DNA of 58,331 bases, filler included, from Sluysia triapertura (Eukaryota): the NCBI GenBank assembly GCA_046118255.1. It is 4 parts of 4 records of this genome, joined end to end, with 100 filler letters (N's around TTAATTAATTAA, not from the genome) between each part and the next. Parts side by side here need not be neighbours in the genome. Positions count along the whole stretch, not along the records: positions 1 to 19,358 come from JBJNIA010073165.1; positions 19,459 to 30,340 come from JBJNIA010192096.1; 2 more parts are not named here. One strand, given 5' to 3'. The first letter of the stretch is position 1, and every line of letters starts with the position of its first letter. The translations under genes and the position numbers were made by a program. Below, one piece after another: positions 13,316 to 25,970 of this stretch. The notes beneath the pieces are model-generated. The model saw only the letters and a program-made list of their open reading frames with translations. It was not told the origin of the DNA and ran no database searches.

Positions 13316-13910
13316 TTCAAAAGGTATAGTCAGATCAATGTCAATGGAAATAAAACATTTTTAGATCATCAGAAAACTTTATTTTTAATTATTTTGAAAA
13401 ACTTTTAATGTTATTTAATATTTTGAAATCAAAAATGAAATTTTTTCTCTATTTTTCATTATTATTGATAATAATAGTATTGTTATATATATCGTTAATG
13501 TATAATGCATTAAATAAGTACTCAAAAGATCGTTCATTATATTATTTCTGAAACAGTAAGAGCTTTGATTTTTCTTAAATATTTCATGGTCTTAAATACT
13601 ATTCATTTTATTATTTTTTTATTATCATTATTATTATTATTAAAACTATTTAATTTGTGTGTATTTTAAATGATATACATCAAATTTTTAAATTGTTTAG
13701 AAACAGATACAAATAAATTATTTCATTCATATTTGTATAACGATAATAATTAAATGAATCAAATATTAAAAAGAAAAACATTAGAAAATATCTAAAATTT
13801 GCTTTTGTTTTATATCAAAGTATTTTTACAATCATTTATATGATATATATTTGTAAATTTTGTAAATAAACGTAAATTATTGAATATTATTTTTTTAAAT
13901 TAAATTTCGA

Positions 13911-13911
<1 letters not shown>

Positions 13912-13957
<46 letters not shown>
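13912..13957. repeat. (ATT)n microsatellite
   Basis: Directly visible. Confidence 0.95.
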
Positions 13958-13960
<3 letters not shown>

Positions 13961-14022
13961 AGGAAATAATGAACGGAAATTGAATACACATATATGGAAA
14001 TTAAATAACTATTTTAACATCT

Positions 14023-14135
14023 ATGAATATTTAATTAATGGATTTGATAGCATTGGTAGATTGGTTATGATAGCAGCGTTGGAACATGCCGATGAACAAG
14101 TATCAATTCTAGCTGTCAACGAATTAAATTGCTGA
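14023..14135 (+). pseudogene. GAPDH: GAPDH N-terminal fragment (pseudogene)
   Basis: LINGFDSIGRLVMIAALEHADEQVSILAVNE resembles GINGFGRIGRLVLRAA...VVAVND and ends in TGA at 14133. Confidence 0.85.
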
Positions 14136-14475
14136 AAAACAGTCAAAGATAAGTTTATAATACTTTAAAAAGTATTACCTGGGATTTAGAAGATTTGGAA
14201 GAAACTGTGTAAGCTGTTGAAATATATCCAAAGTTTCTTATAAAGAACTTGATGATAAAAAATTATTTTTGATGAATTAAATGATTCGTAAGATAAACTT
14301 TAGACATTTAAATCTAAAGATAGTGTTCAAGTGAAAATAGCCAATAATATTGGCTATTTACATCAGTCAATATAAATGATGGTGGCTCAAATGATCGAGA
14401 TAGTCAAGATCATCAGCAGCTTATGCTACGAGCCCAAGATGAACATATTAATTGTATTTCTTGTGGATCAAGTAA
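14136..14475 (+). pseudogene. STX6: Syntaxin-6/10-like fragment directly abutting the GAPDH fragment
   Basis: TLKSITWDLEDLEETV*AVE matches the STX6 N-terminal motif LRSIEWDLEDLDETI. QQLMLRAQDEHINCIS matches the SNARE start QQLIVEQQDEQLELVS. Disrupted. Confidence 0.78.
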
Positions 14476-14909
14476 CCATTATTAATTAAGCTAAATTAAA
14501 ATTCTAATAGTTAATTTTTCTATAAGGTAAAGTTTAATAAAAATCTTGTTTTTAAAAACCTGTAAAAAAACTAAGCAAACATTTTATTATAGATTTTAAG
14601 GTATTATAATTATTAAATTATTAAATGTTAAAAAATTGAGCAAATATTTTTATTATATTAAAATGTTATTTGTTTAAACTCTTTTTTAATATAAAATAAG
14701 AAATAACCATAAAACATTAAAGTGTATTATAAAAAAGAGAAAACATTAAAAACTAATGTTATCCGGAAATTTAAAATTTTTCTCGGAATGATTTCATGAT
14801 CCTCATAATAGGCGTTATCGACCACGCCGGCTCTTATTATTTATCTCTTTTATTTGTTTGCTTCTTTTGTTACACCGTTCGTACTAGCACAGAAATGGTG
14901 ATACTTTTC

Positions 14910-16030
14910 TCAACCATCATGATCCTTGTTTTTCCATGGCATATTACAAATGATGTTATTTTCTTTCCGCTAAATAGGCATAATTTTGTATTAAATTGTT
15001 TGCCTATATTGATAATGGTAAAAAAAACCTCATATTTTTTCAACCCAATGTGTGAGAGATTTCTCAAAACGAGCTCTGCCGCCTCTGCACTCCTGCTTTG
15101 TTCTTTTAATTCTTTTAGACTCCTGATTTGTTTCTCTTCGTCCCTACAAAGAATGAGTTGCTTAAGCTTATCTCGGATAATCTAAAATAAAAGTATGTAT
15201 AAATTTATTATATTATAAAAGTATGTGCATGTGTGTGGCTGACTGAAATTCATGAGTGTTACATAAAAGTATAGAATATATAAGATTAAGTATACGTAAA
15301 AAAAGAGAAAACAAAGGAAAGAATAAGGTACATAAAGAAATTATATTAGGGTCAGTTAAATGTTATCCACAAGATAACTTACTTCCATGGGAAGCTCCTG
15401 AATGAATAAATTAATCAAAAACGGCATCTTTATATACTAGATAGAACCCATTAATGTAATTAAAAGGAATTTTTAATTAGTTTGATAAGTTTTGAATTAT
15501 GTTCATTCAAAATAGGAAATTTATAAAATTTAATTAAAACGGGAACATATCCTCAAAAAACGTAAGGCATGTTAACTCTTGAAAAATTAACTAAAATGAT
15601 TGTGTATAATAATTTTTGACAAGATTCGGTTACATTAAACGTCTTACTTGGCATTTCTGCAACTTGATAAGTTAATAACTAATAAGTTAATTCTAATCTT
15701 ACCTCCTAAAACTACTAGTCAAATTTAACACTTTATAAAATACTGAGTCTTTATAAATACTATTTGACAAGATGAATAAAACTAAAAAATCAAAAAAATA
15801 CAAAAAATTGTGATAGACACGATAGGAAAAAAGGAAAAATAAAATTATAAACTTTAAAGTTAAAACTCTTTTGTAATGATTAATTTTCCTGTATTTGCCC
15901 TTCAATATATCGGGAAACTTAATTTTTTCTTTAAAGATTTAAAGTTACGTGGATTTTAAGTTATTAATTTTATTAAAATTAAAGTTATTAAAATTAATAC
16001 CACCTTATAAAAATAACTTACAGTTAACAT
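14910..16030 (-). CDS. Predicted small spliced orphan gene (78 aa) downstream of HSE/TATA; exons 16030-16022, 15397-15383, 15181-15029, 14969-14910
   Basis: All three introns are GT..AG and phase 0, two with GTAAGT donors. Product: MLT-ELPME-IIRDKLKQLILCRDEEKQIRSLKELKEQSRSAEAAELVLRNLSHIGLKKYE-RKENNIICNMPWKNKDHDG*. Hand-built model. Confidence 0.4.
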
Positions 16031-16160
16031 GGATCTTGATAAAAGCTTTTCCAAAGCAATTACGAATCCTCTGAATAGAGTAAAGCGACTAAAATTTCCA
16101 AACAACGAATTTTGCAAATGGCGAATTTCAAAATGGTGATTCCCATTAAACTTATGCTAC

Positions 16161-16224
16161 TTTATATATTAATCAATAGCTAATGAGAATCGATGGAATG
16201 TTCTAGACCATTCTAGAAGCTTCT
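16161..16224 (-). promoter_or_regulatory. Heat-shock element (six alternating nGAAn/nTTCn pentamers) plus TATA box
   Basis: gGAAtgTTCtaGAccaTTCtaGAAgcTTCt at 16195-16224 has 5 of 6 perfect pentamers in exact 5-bp phase. TATATAAA lies on the minus strand at 16168-16161. Confidence 0.75.
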
Positions 16225-17946
16225 ATTCTACTATTAGAAGCGAATTTCTTTTGTTGGAAAATAATTATTTTTAAGTGATTTTAAAGGCAAATAATTTTAT
16301 ATGATTTTAGAGGTTTGTGATGACAACCTAACAATAATAATGATATTAAATTTTAATTTAATGATATTGAAAATATAAGGGGATTGTTTAACACAAATCC
16401 CATTATCTTTTTAGATAATTAAAAAGATAATGAAGTTGAACACAAACGGAATTCAATCAGTAAAATTGGTCGGCTTGTCACAGGCTAAAAAAGAATAGAC
16501 AGCTTTAATTTCAGTCTTGTTCAATTTCTTATTTTTCCATTTCCTAAATCATCATGAAGCTGCTATATATGCAGTCATATTTTTGCAAAAATATAGACAG
16601 ACAAAATTTAAGCAACAAAAGCAAACTAAAACCTTCTAGTTGTAGAGATGCTGCTTCAATTCATCAGTGGATAACGGTTAAATTGAAGCTATTTCTTTAG
16701 CATTCAGCTAAAATAAAACATTTTTATAAAAATAGGAACGTGTTTGGTATTGAATATATTTTGTATTAATACAGGCGTCGAAATTTATGTTAGATAAGTT
16801 GTGTAAACCCTGGTATTGATTTGTTAAAAGATTTATAATTTGAGGACGATTTTTCATTAAAGAATAATTTGTATTAGTATTATAAAGAATATTTGTTGTA
16901 ATCATGTGATAATATTGGAGAATAGATAGAGATTTTTGAATTTATTTAATTATTGAGTTTTAATCTGATAAATTAAAATGTATTAAAAGGCACAACAAAA
17001 TCAAATAATGTGTTAAATTCAACAAGTTTAATAATTAAATGTCTCTATGGATACCTTCTGTGTCACTAAATTAATATGCATTTACTCGATACCAATTCCG
17101 TAAAATGTTAATATTCCTCAATATCTTTAAGTTAATATCAGCAACGACTTAAACTCTTTATCGTCTTGCTATTTAATTAATGTTTGCTTACTTTCTCTAG
17201 AAGTTTGAGTTCGCATACTCGTTCCGATGGACAGGGAATGGAAACGCTTTAATTTAAATAAAGATGACTATCGGTTTAAATCAATAACGGTTAAGTAGAA
17301 TTGAACTTTTTTCTCGTTTGAGTTCCTTGTCGTCTTTTTTATTGTGGTTATTACGGTATATTAAGTTTCGGTTTTATTGTTTTTTTGTTTTTCAGTTCTT
17401 CAATATAATTTAACACTTATATATATCAAAAAATTATAATACTATACATTCAAATTACAATGAATTTAATTATATTCAAATTTCGACATTATTGTGTGAG
17501 TGTATGGGGGTTAATGTTTTACGTTTTGATGAGTTATAATAGATCAAGGCATGGTTGGTAAAAAGAAACTTATGGTGCGAGAGCCCTGACCTATACTTAG
17601 CCTTTATTAATTTGAAATCTTTGAGGGCTTCATCCTCGTTAGACTTAGGTCCCTTGATATTAGTATAATCTACGAGTTCGATATAATCTTTTTGACTTTG
17701 GTTGTTTAGGTTAAAATTATGGTACATATAGAAAACGTAAAAATTGGATAGATTAAAAAATACATTTATTGAAGTTGCAAAAATTTTTAAGCATAAACAC
17801 TCATTCAATTGTCTCATTCTGGAACGCTCTTCGTTGCTATTGGATCCAAGTTTGCTAGAGCACAGATTGATACCTCTAAAATTATAAAATATAATATCAT
17901 TATACAAAGAATTGAGGAGATTTGAACAAGATCTAGAATTAAAAAA

Positions 17947-18813
17947 TTATATACCTCTTTTAAGATTGTCATTTCCATTCTTATCAGCACTAAAAACATC
18001 ACTCGCATGGTACTTCGCAGTGTTCATCTGGCTCATAAACTCGATAATGTTGAAAACACGGTTTGTGTAATACTTCGGAGTATTTTCGTAATTTACACTC
18101 TCGTCAACGATAAATATATGATTTATGATGCGATTCGGGCTATTTACGCTATTCACACCTTCGCTAACATTAAACATATGATTTGTATGATAATTCAAAA
18201 TATTATTAATTGTTGAATAAACTTTATCATGGGACTCATAGCTATGGTCAGGTATAGCCTGGCGGTTTAAAATATCATATTTACAATTAAACGCTTGCCT
18301 GCGATCATCATTTGTAGGATCCATACAGTGAGGATCTGTGCAAAATAAACATTTACGATTGTCGTATCCCGTTTGACTACCTTTGACTGGAACTACTGCG
18401 ATATCTAAAATTGTGAAATTATCAACTTCTGCTTTATTACGCTCTAATATATCATCACTCTTGCCAGGAACTAGATCTAAAACTTTAACATAACATACAT
18501 CATGTCTAGAATTGTTTTCATATCTTGTTTGACTTTCTTTAACTAAGATTTCTGCAACATCTAAAAATGTAACATGGCCGGTTCCTGCTTTGTTCCATCT
18601 CAGTATATCATCATTATCCATCTGATAGACTATCAACGTTACTTTTTTACTAATGCCGCTGAAACTAATTTTTACTTTTTTAATTCTAGTAGCTGCTTTA
18701 ATTTTATTAATCCAGAAGGCTGTCGTGACCGTTATTAAAAATTTTTGACTGTCTGATTTTTCAATTTTGTAATCTCTGATTTTCTTTATTTTGTTTTTCA
18801 GTATGGCTGCCAA
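17947..18813 (-). CDS. Orphan protein (~288 aa open frame) with internal repeats; probably spliced at the 3' end
   Basis: Long open frame in AT-rich DNA. Duplicated block DDILRWNKAG..TFLDVAEILVKESQTRYEN / DDILERNKAE..TILDIAVVPVKGSQTGYDN, plus four ~20-aa repeats (NYHTNHMFNV / RIINHIFIV / KYYTNRVFNI / KYHASDVFSA). True start codon uncertain. Confidence 0.6.
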   Translation of the reverse strand: MAAILKNKIKKIRDYKIEKSDSQKFLITVTTAFWINKIKAATRIKKVKISFSGISKKVTLIVYQMDNDDILRWNKAGTGHVTFLDVAEILVKESQTRYENNSRHDVCYVKVLDLVPGKSDDILERNKAEVDNFTILDIAVVPVKGSQTGYDNRKCLFCTDPHCMDPTNDDRRQAFNCKYDILNRQAIPDHSYESHDKVYSTINNILNYHTNHMFNVSEGVNSVNSPNRIINHIFIVDESVNYENTPKYYTNRVFNIIEFMSQMNTAKYHASDVFSADKNGNDNLKRGI

Positions 18814-19094
18814 ATTATTAATTTTGTAATTCTCTTTTTAATTGGCTTATTATTTTTATTTTAGCTGTACACAAAGCCATGTGCTCGTAATTTTTATTAC
18901 CGTCTGCTTGTAACGATTGAGTTGCAGTACACTGAAATTCATGTTGAATGGAGACAAAAATAAATCAATTGTGATTGGTTTATGAACAAAGGTGTGTGAA
19001 ATGTTGTAGTAGAAATAACAATGTTCCATTCGCTGGCATCCGTTAGCTGGTATATTTTCATTGTTGTGTGTACAACAAAAACGATCCTTCACTT

Positions 19095-19148
19095 CACCCA
19101 ATCAGATTAGAGATAAATAAGAATACTTGTGAGCAATCTGATTGGGTG
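19095..19148. other. Perfect 14-bp inverted repeat CACCCAATCAGATT-N26-AATCTGATTGGGTG (paired CCAAT boxes or RNA hairpin)
   Basis: Arms at 19095-19108 and 19135-19148 are exact reverse complements. A perfect 20-bp palindrome follows at 19201-19220. Confidence 0.8.
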
Positions 19149-19358
19149 GTGTGCTGATGACAATATTGATTTTTTGTGTGTCGTTAGGGATTTATGATGT
19201 AATGTACTTTAAAGTACATTTGATTGCAAAATGATGAAGTAATAATAAGTAGTGATAATAATAATTGTAATAAGATTAGATATATAATAATACATGATAA
19301 TAATAATAAGAATAATTAGTGATTAATAATAATAAAGAAATGATAATAATAATTTAAT

Positions 19359-19458
19359 NNNNNNNNNNNNNNNNNNNNNNNNNNNNNNNNNNNNNNNNNN
19401 NNTTAATTAATTAANNNNNNNNNNNNNNNNNNNNNNNNNNNNNNNNNNNNNNNNNNNN
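19359..19458. other. Assembly spacer (N run with TTAATTAATTAA six-frame stop linker)
   Basis: Identical 100-bp structure occurs three times in the window. Confidence 0.98.
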
Positions 19459-19570
19459 TTTGGATCAGACTCGTTCACATTCATTTCATTTTCTTCAATT
19501 TCAAGAACATCAACGCAAATGGTGCAGCTAATACGACTAAAAAATACACTTCCATAAAAACGTTCTCTGC

Positions 19571-19595
19571 AGCTTATGCTTGGAATTTTACGGTA
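19571..19595 (-). mobile_element. Single terminus of a Tc1/mariner (pogo/Tc2-like) element
   Basis: Revcomp reads TA|CCGTAAAATTCCAAGCATAAG, resembling CCGTA..TTCC..YATAAG-type TIRs next to a TA target. The other end is presumably lost in the gap. Confidence 0.45.
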
Positions 19596-22500
19596 CTTTT
19601 AAATATTGTAAATTTTTGTAAAAAATAGAATAGCTTTTAAAATTAAATTGTAATTAAATAATTTAGTTTTTAAATTAAACAAAATTCTATTAGAACATTT
19701 TTAATAAATGAACTCTTAATAAAAACATTTTAAAAGAATATAAAAAACATTAAAACGAAAAATATTGCATTTTTATGGTTTGCAACATTTTTTTGGTTTG
19801 GAATATTTTTAGTCAATTTTATTACGGTAATAAAATTTATATTATCTAAATAATGTTGTTATTTGAAAAGTAAAAAAGAAACCTTTTAATGTTACAACTG
19901 AATGGATATATATAAATAATTTAAAAAAATTCACACGCAAATTTTTGGAAGTATACACGAGTATTTTGGTTATAGGTTTTTGGAGACTTTGGTTACATTA
20001 GATTTTTGTAAATTCGTTATTCGAGTCGTTATATCAACTAAGTGCAGAAGCAGAATTTGTGGTTCAAAAATTAATAAATTATACACACGTCACGCCCCAA
20101 ATTCGATTCAACATCAACAATATATATGTCCATGCAGCAATCGTGAGATTTGTTTTAATAAGATTCATCCTATAATATTTAAGATTAATATTTCACTTAA
20201 TATTTTATTAAATTATAAAGCCAAATATTATATCTGGCTCAATTTTAATTTTTAAATCAAAGTTTCAAGATTAAGTAAATAACTTAATTTTTAATATATT
20301 ATTATCTTATTTTGTTTACTTTTTAATTTTTACACCGTTTGGTCAGAGACCGTTGTATTGTCTAATTTAGTCTTAGTATATTTTGATAATAAACCTCAGT
20401 GTTGTTTAATATTATCTTTTTATTCATTAAAATTAAAATAGAGTATAAACATTTTTGAAAGAATTGTGAAAACTATTTATAAGAAAGAATATAATTATTT
20501 AATAAACTTTTAAGAATAACAAAAGATAGAACACGTTTATTTCATAATAGACATTAAACTAAAGAAATATTTAAGTGCGACCTTCAATTAAATTTGATTA
20601 GTATCTTAATAATAAATCCTAAAACAGTGTCTTGTTCGCATATAAATCACCGACCTCAGGCAAACACTAGTAATAATAATATAATCATTTGCTAGGAATC
20701 TATTAAATTTAAAGTAAAATCACAGCAAGTGTAATGATAGAAAGAGAATAGTGATATTTACCGATTCAGATAGATTATAACCACATTTCTCATCAAATCA
20801 AATATTTTAATGAAAAGATTGATGTGATAATGAATTGTGAAAATATTTCGATCCAAATCTTAACATTGAAAGAAACATTAAATTAACTATATTATTTTCT
20901 TTATTATACAAAACACGAGATTTTGATTACATAGCGAAGCAATTTATATCAACACCTATACCGACGAACATTGAAATACGTAAACGAAAGAGAAATTAAT
21001 TTTTAAAATATATTGATAGTATAGATTGTCCGTTGCACAATGTCAGAATAAATTATCACTTGCTACCGTAACAATGACTTAAAGTATCAAATAATTACAC
21101 CCAGAATATATGAAACTCATTATTGTATCCGCATTGCACATCTCAAAGAAGAGAATTTGCTGAATCAATATGACGAAAGATCAATAATATTGTAAAGTAA
21201 TGCTCATTATTATTTAAAATTTTCACTAATTAAATTTTCATTTTTAATTATTTTTTCATAAATTTAAAATCATTATTACTGAGATTATAATGCTTTTGTA
21301 TTAAATTAAAGTGAGATTACATAGAGTTAATATAAGTTCAAAATTGAGTAACATATAACAATCGATTTTAAATTGAAATTGTATAGTCATTTTAAAGTGA
21401 GATTCAATAAAGACAATATGAAATTAAAATTTATAAACATCAAACATCACTATTACACTTAATAAAATTATTTTAAAATAAAAATCAATAACAAGAATAT
21501 GAAATCATCATATCTTATCTTATCTTATCTTACAAACATGATTTAGAATATTACGATAAGAAAAAAGCTTACTAAATTGAGATTAAATAGAACTGGTATG
21601 CAATCAAAATTAATAAAATTAACTTAAGTTGCGATTCAGATAGAATAGACAAAAGTTATATGTAATCAAAATTTAAAAGCATTATTATCGACTAAAATTA
21701 TCTTAAATTTTGATTAAATAAAAACATAAAACAAAACTTAGTATCACATTATTAGTATGTACTTTATTAATTTGTTCAGATCAAAGAACAATCTTATAAG
21801 TAATTAAATAATTTGTATATAATTAATATTTGTTATCATTGTACATAATACAGAGTTATAATCAAATAATTTGTAATTGTATCATAACGAACAATATCAA
21901 TCAATAACTTGGAATTTTGAATTATACCACAAAATACTATATATATTCAATTCTCTACAACAATAATTGATATTTAATCGAAATCGTATCGGAGATTATT
22001 TCTGCAGTAATACCAAACGATTGTGAGTAAACGAAATACGCACCAAATTGACATTAACTAATTTTACAATCAAAGTAAGAGTTGTTTTTTGCATTTGAAC
22101 AATATAAAATCTTAATAACTATTTTAACTATAACTATTTTTAAAATAAGTATTTTAATTATATTTTGTGCAATTTATATTGTGATACAATTGAAGCATAT
22201 ATTAAGTAGTCTTATTTCATTTTTCTTTGTGAGTGGGTTGATAATAAGGCTACGGAATAATATCAAAATATTACGAATAAAATATATAAGTTTCTTTCTT
22301 TTGAATCATCGAAACTTAACGTTTTAATAGAATAACATAAATTATCATAGATCTTAATTACACGAAATTGATAGATACATAGTCCGACAATAACGATAGT
22401 TTAATTGAATAGTTAATCGATTATTTAGCGCTTCTATCCCGAATTATTGGGATGAGTATTTGAATCCACAATTCCAGATATAAATTCAACATATAGAATA

Positions 22501-23520
22501 TACATATCACCTGTAGAATAAGTTAGTAAAAGCTTACATTAACAATAATAATTTAGATTCTTGAATCTTGATTTGCACTTCTCAGAAAAAAACTCGAGTT
22601 TAAATCATATAAAGACAGAGCTATTATCTGACATATAAAGTTCGTTCCAGCGTATTCAAATATTTATAACTTATAAGTTTCACAAATGTTTAGTATAGAT
22701 ATTACTTGCAGAATAAGTTAATAGAGAAATTTACACTAATAAAAGATTGTAGCTCTAGATAACTTTAATTAGTAACTTAAAGTGACAATATTATTAATGA
22801 AGTTTAGATTATTACCAGAGACTAAGAGTTCATTTCATTTACATTCAAATATTTATAACATCTACTTTTTTAATTTTTACAATGTTTTATTAACATATTA
22901 ATAGTAGGAATAATTGTAGGTCACAAATCTTACAGGTACAAAAAGTACTGTGTTGAATAAGAGTTAGCGGCCAATAAATTTTTAATTAAATTATGTCCAA
23001 AGCTCGGACCCACATTACTCTACGGAGAGTTTTAAATATTTATTGATATGAATATTCATTATACAGGAACCGTTTGGTAGATATTCAGAGTATTAGGCAA
23101 ATATTTTTATGAGTGAACGTATCTGTAAATAAAAATTGACAATAATCTATGTAAAATCGCTTTAATATTTTAAATTTCTATAATTTCTTACATATGTTTG
23201 ATTCGAGGGTCTGAACTTCTTAACTATCTTATCACTTACCAGATAACCGCTTTATGCAATATTAAAATAATATTTTTCACTGGTTTATGAACAATTAATA
23301 ACATGTAAACATTTATTACAAAAATTTATAAACATCAATATACAAAATTCAAATAGATAAAGAATAAACTAGAATTGAGATGATAAAAGTAGATTTAAAA
23401 TTAAAACCTTATGAAGGCTTTTAATTTTATAATAAACAAATTTTAATGTCTTTATGTTTAGAACTTTATTAATTTGGATACAAAACATTAATGTATGAAA
23501 TTTATTAAATTTATTAACTA

Positions 23521-24460
23521 TTAAACACTTATCTTTATAAAAATGAACTTAAATTGAACAAGAAAAACACAGTCTTTATATATTACATGAATTGGCAAAA
23601 TAACAATAATAAAACGACAATAATAGATAAAATAACAAACACTACTGTTCATATGAATGTGTAAGAGACCATGTCCAACGTAGAAAACCAAACTTCTGCA
23701 ATCAGCGACATTTTCAGCAACACAACATATAGGTTTTGATATATTCTCCGAGCGATTTTCTTGCCTCATGAACAACCTGGTTACAAATTCTTCGATATTA
23801 TCAAACACCTCTATATTAAAGCATAATAATTTTAATGACTCTAAATAAAACATAGCCTATCGTTTCCTCTAAGTGACATCATGAACCGTCCAAAAGCTTG
23901 TTTCATTAAAATACTAATCTTTTCTTGTAAAACATCACAAGAATATACTATTTCAATCTTTAATTCAAATTTAAAATTTTAAATTAAATTCATTTTTTAA
24001 AGGCAGTACTGCAATTTAATGTTACACGATGTTCTTAGTGTTACACGTTTCACAATTGTTGTCAAATGTGCAACGACTTTACACATTTTGCTCGATATCT
24101 CTGTCTGAAAATTTTGAAAAAAGAAAAATTCAGTAAGTAATACACTTTGAGAACGTTCATTATAATGTTTTAAATTATCTTGAAAATTAAGCAATTTGCT
24201 GTATTTAACTTCATTATTTAATATACAACAAATATAAACAACAGTTTTGCAAAACATTTTTTTATCTGGTTGAGAATAATTTTCGAAATTCCTCATGCCT
24301 CTAATAATATTTTGAATTTCTCTAGAATCCTTCACAGATTCTATTCTGAGAAATGTTTCGTCTCTAAAAACATCACATCTGAGAAATATTTCATCACTAA
24401 CAACATCATCTCTGGGAAATTTTTCATCTCTATCAACGTTATTTCGGAGTCATGTTTCGA
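23521..24460 (-). pseudogene. Disrupted orphan coding region with a 33-bp (11-aa) tandem repeat x3 at 24345-24443
   Basis: ORFs 23997-24335 and 23521-23853. Units TCTGRGAAATNTTTCRTCWCTA.. start at 24345, 24378 and 24411. Confidence 0.4.
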
Positions 24461-25067
24461 AGGCATAATCTATTCTAAATCTACTTAAAACTTGCATAAG
24501 AAAACTCATAATAATTTAAATTAAAGTCTCATTGGCTCTCATTGTGAAAAATGTATCATTTGAGATGTGGTGGCCAACCTTATTACTTAAAATTTTAATT
24601 TAATTCATCATAATAAAAAATCACATTTCAGTAATATTCCACCTTTTATTTCTTCAAAAAGCATTAAAAATGTAAATATTTCAAAACGTTGTAAGTTCAC
24701 AATTTAATAACATTAAAATCATTCACAACATCGAAAATCATTAAATTTATTTCCAAACATAATAATAATCTAAATGGAATTTCTGTTAATATCTCCAATT
24801 TTACTAATCTCTTTTTATAATTTTTATTCTTTATATTTTTATTATGACAGATATTCCTCCTCCAACAATCGCAATTTTTTTTCATTTCAACATTATTTAT
24901 TGCCTAAAAGAAATTTAGAAACAAACGAAATACGTTTTAAAGAACACAAAGATTTCATTCCAAGACTTTTACACAACTTTATAATTTAGCAATTTTCAAA
25001 GAAATTAAGAAATAGGAAGATTTTGAAATATTTATGTATTTTATTTATTTATTATATTTTATTTTAC

Positions 25068-25098
<31 letters not shown>

Positions 25099-25862
25099 AT
25101 TTTATTTTATTATTATTGTTCGGTATTTATTATTATTATTCTATTTCATTTTATTATTAACGTTATTATTATCATTATTAATTAGTATTATTATTATTAT
25201 TATTATCATTCACACTATTAATTAATTTCTGTCAACTGATCTCAGTAAATTTTGATGATTTAATTTAAATTTTTGTAGCAACTAATATCTGCTCGTTGAT
25301 TATTGGCCGGTAAATCACTTTAGTAAATACTATACTGTGTGATTTAATTATTCAATTAAAAATAAATAAAAACATAATTTCAAATTGGAATTGAGTTACA
25401 AATTTTTCCGTTACAAACTTTTAGCTTAAAAAATATTCAAATCTCTAGCTTATAAATTCACTTTGTTAAAATTGAAACATTTTAAAAATGAGTAATTATG
25501 AATTTTAAACATAACTGGAACTTTTAATTAAATCATGTAAAAACTACGTTCCAGATAATTGTATTGAATTAATTATTAATGATGGTCCTTTATACAATGA
25601 TACAAAGAAGAAACAAACATTTCACCATTTAGATTTAGACAAACAATACGATTAATTTATCATGTACCGAAGCATTACGTGAGATAAAATCTTGTCTACT
25701 TATTTGATGAATATAATTATGAATAGAAGATTCGATGATAAAGGAAACAATCTTAAAGAATCTAAAATGAATTTGTTAAAGAAGTAAATTCTATGATCGA
25801 TCATATTGATGTTTTACCCAACATAACATTAAATAATCATCTGAAATACAATTTTCCATAAA

Positions 25863-25970
25863 AATCACTACAAAACTGCATTATGTTTGTTTGCTACAAA
25901 TAATTTATGCCTATGCCTCAGATATGGCCGTCTATGTCCGTATGCTCACAATGTATCAGAATTATGCTAT
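25863..25970 (+). pseudogene. CCCH zinc-finger fragment, Unkempt/TIS11-like
   Basis: HYKTALCLFATNNLCLCLRYGRLCPYAHNVSEL fits YKTxxC..C..CxxAH..EL with Unkempt-like spacing. The upstream frame is closed by TGA at 25842. Confidence 0.65.

Noticed and set aside
17800-17860. NEERSRMRQLNE resembles a bHLH basic region
   Set aside because: No loop or helix 2 follows, and the plausible splice from the upstream ORF enters a different frame.
19150-19185. CTGATGA followed by a short palindrome, a possible hammerhead ribozyme
   Set aside because: No GAAA after stem II and no valid stem III or cleavage triplet.
19403-19414. TTAATTAATTAA palindrome inside N runs (three times)
   Set aside because: Artificial six-frame-stop scaffolding linker, not biology.
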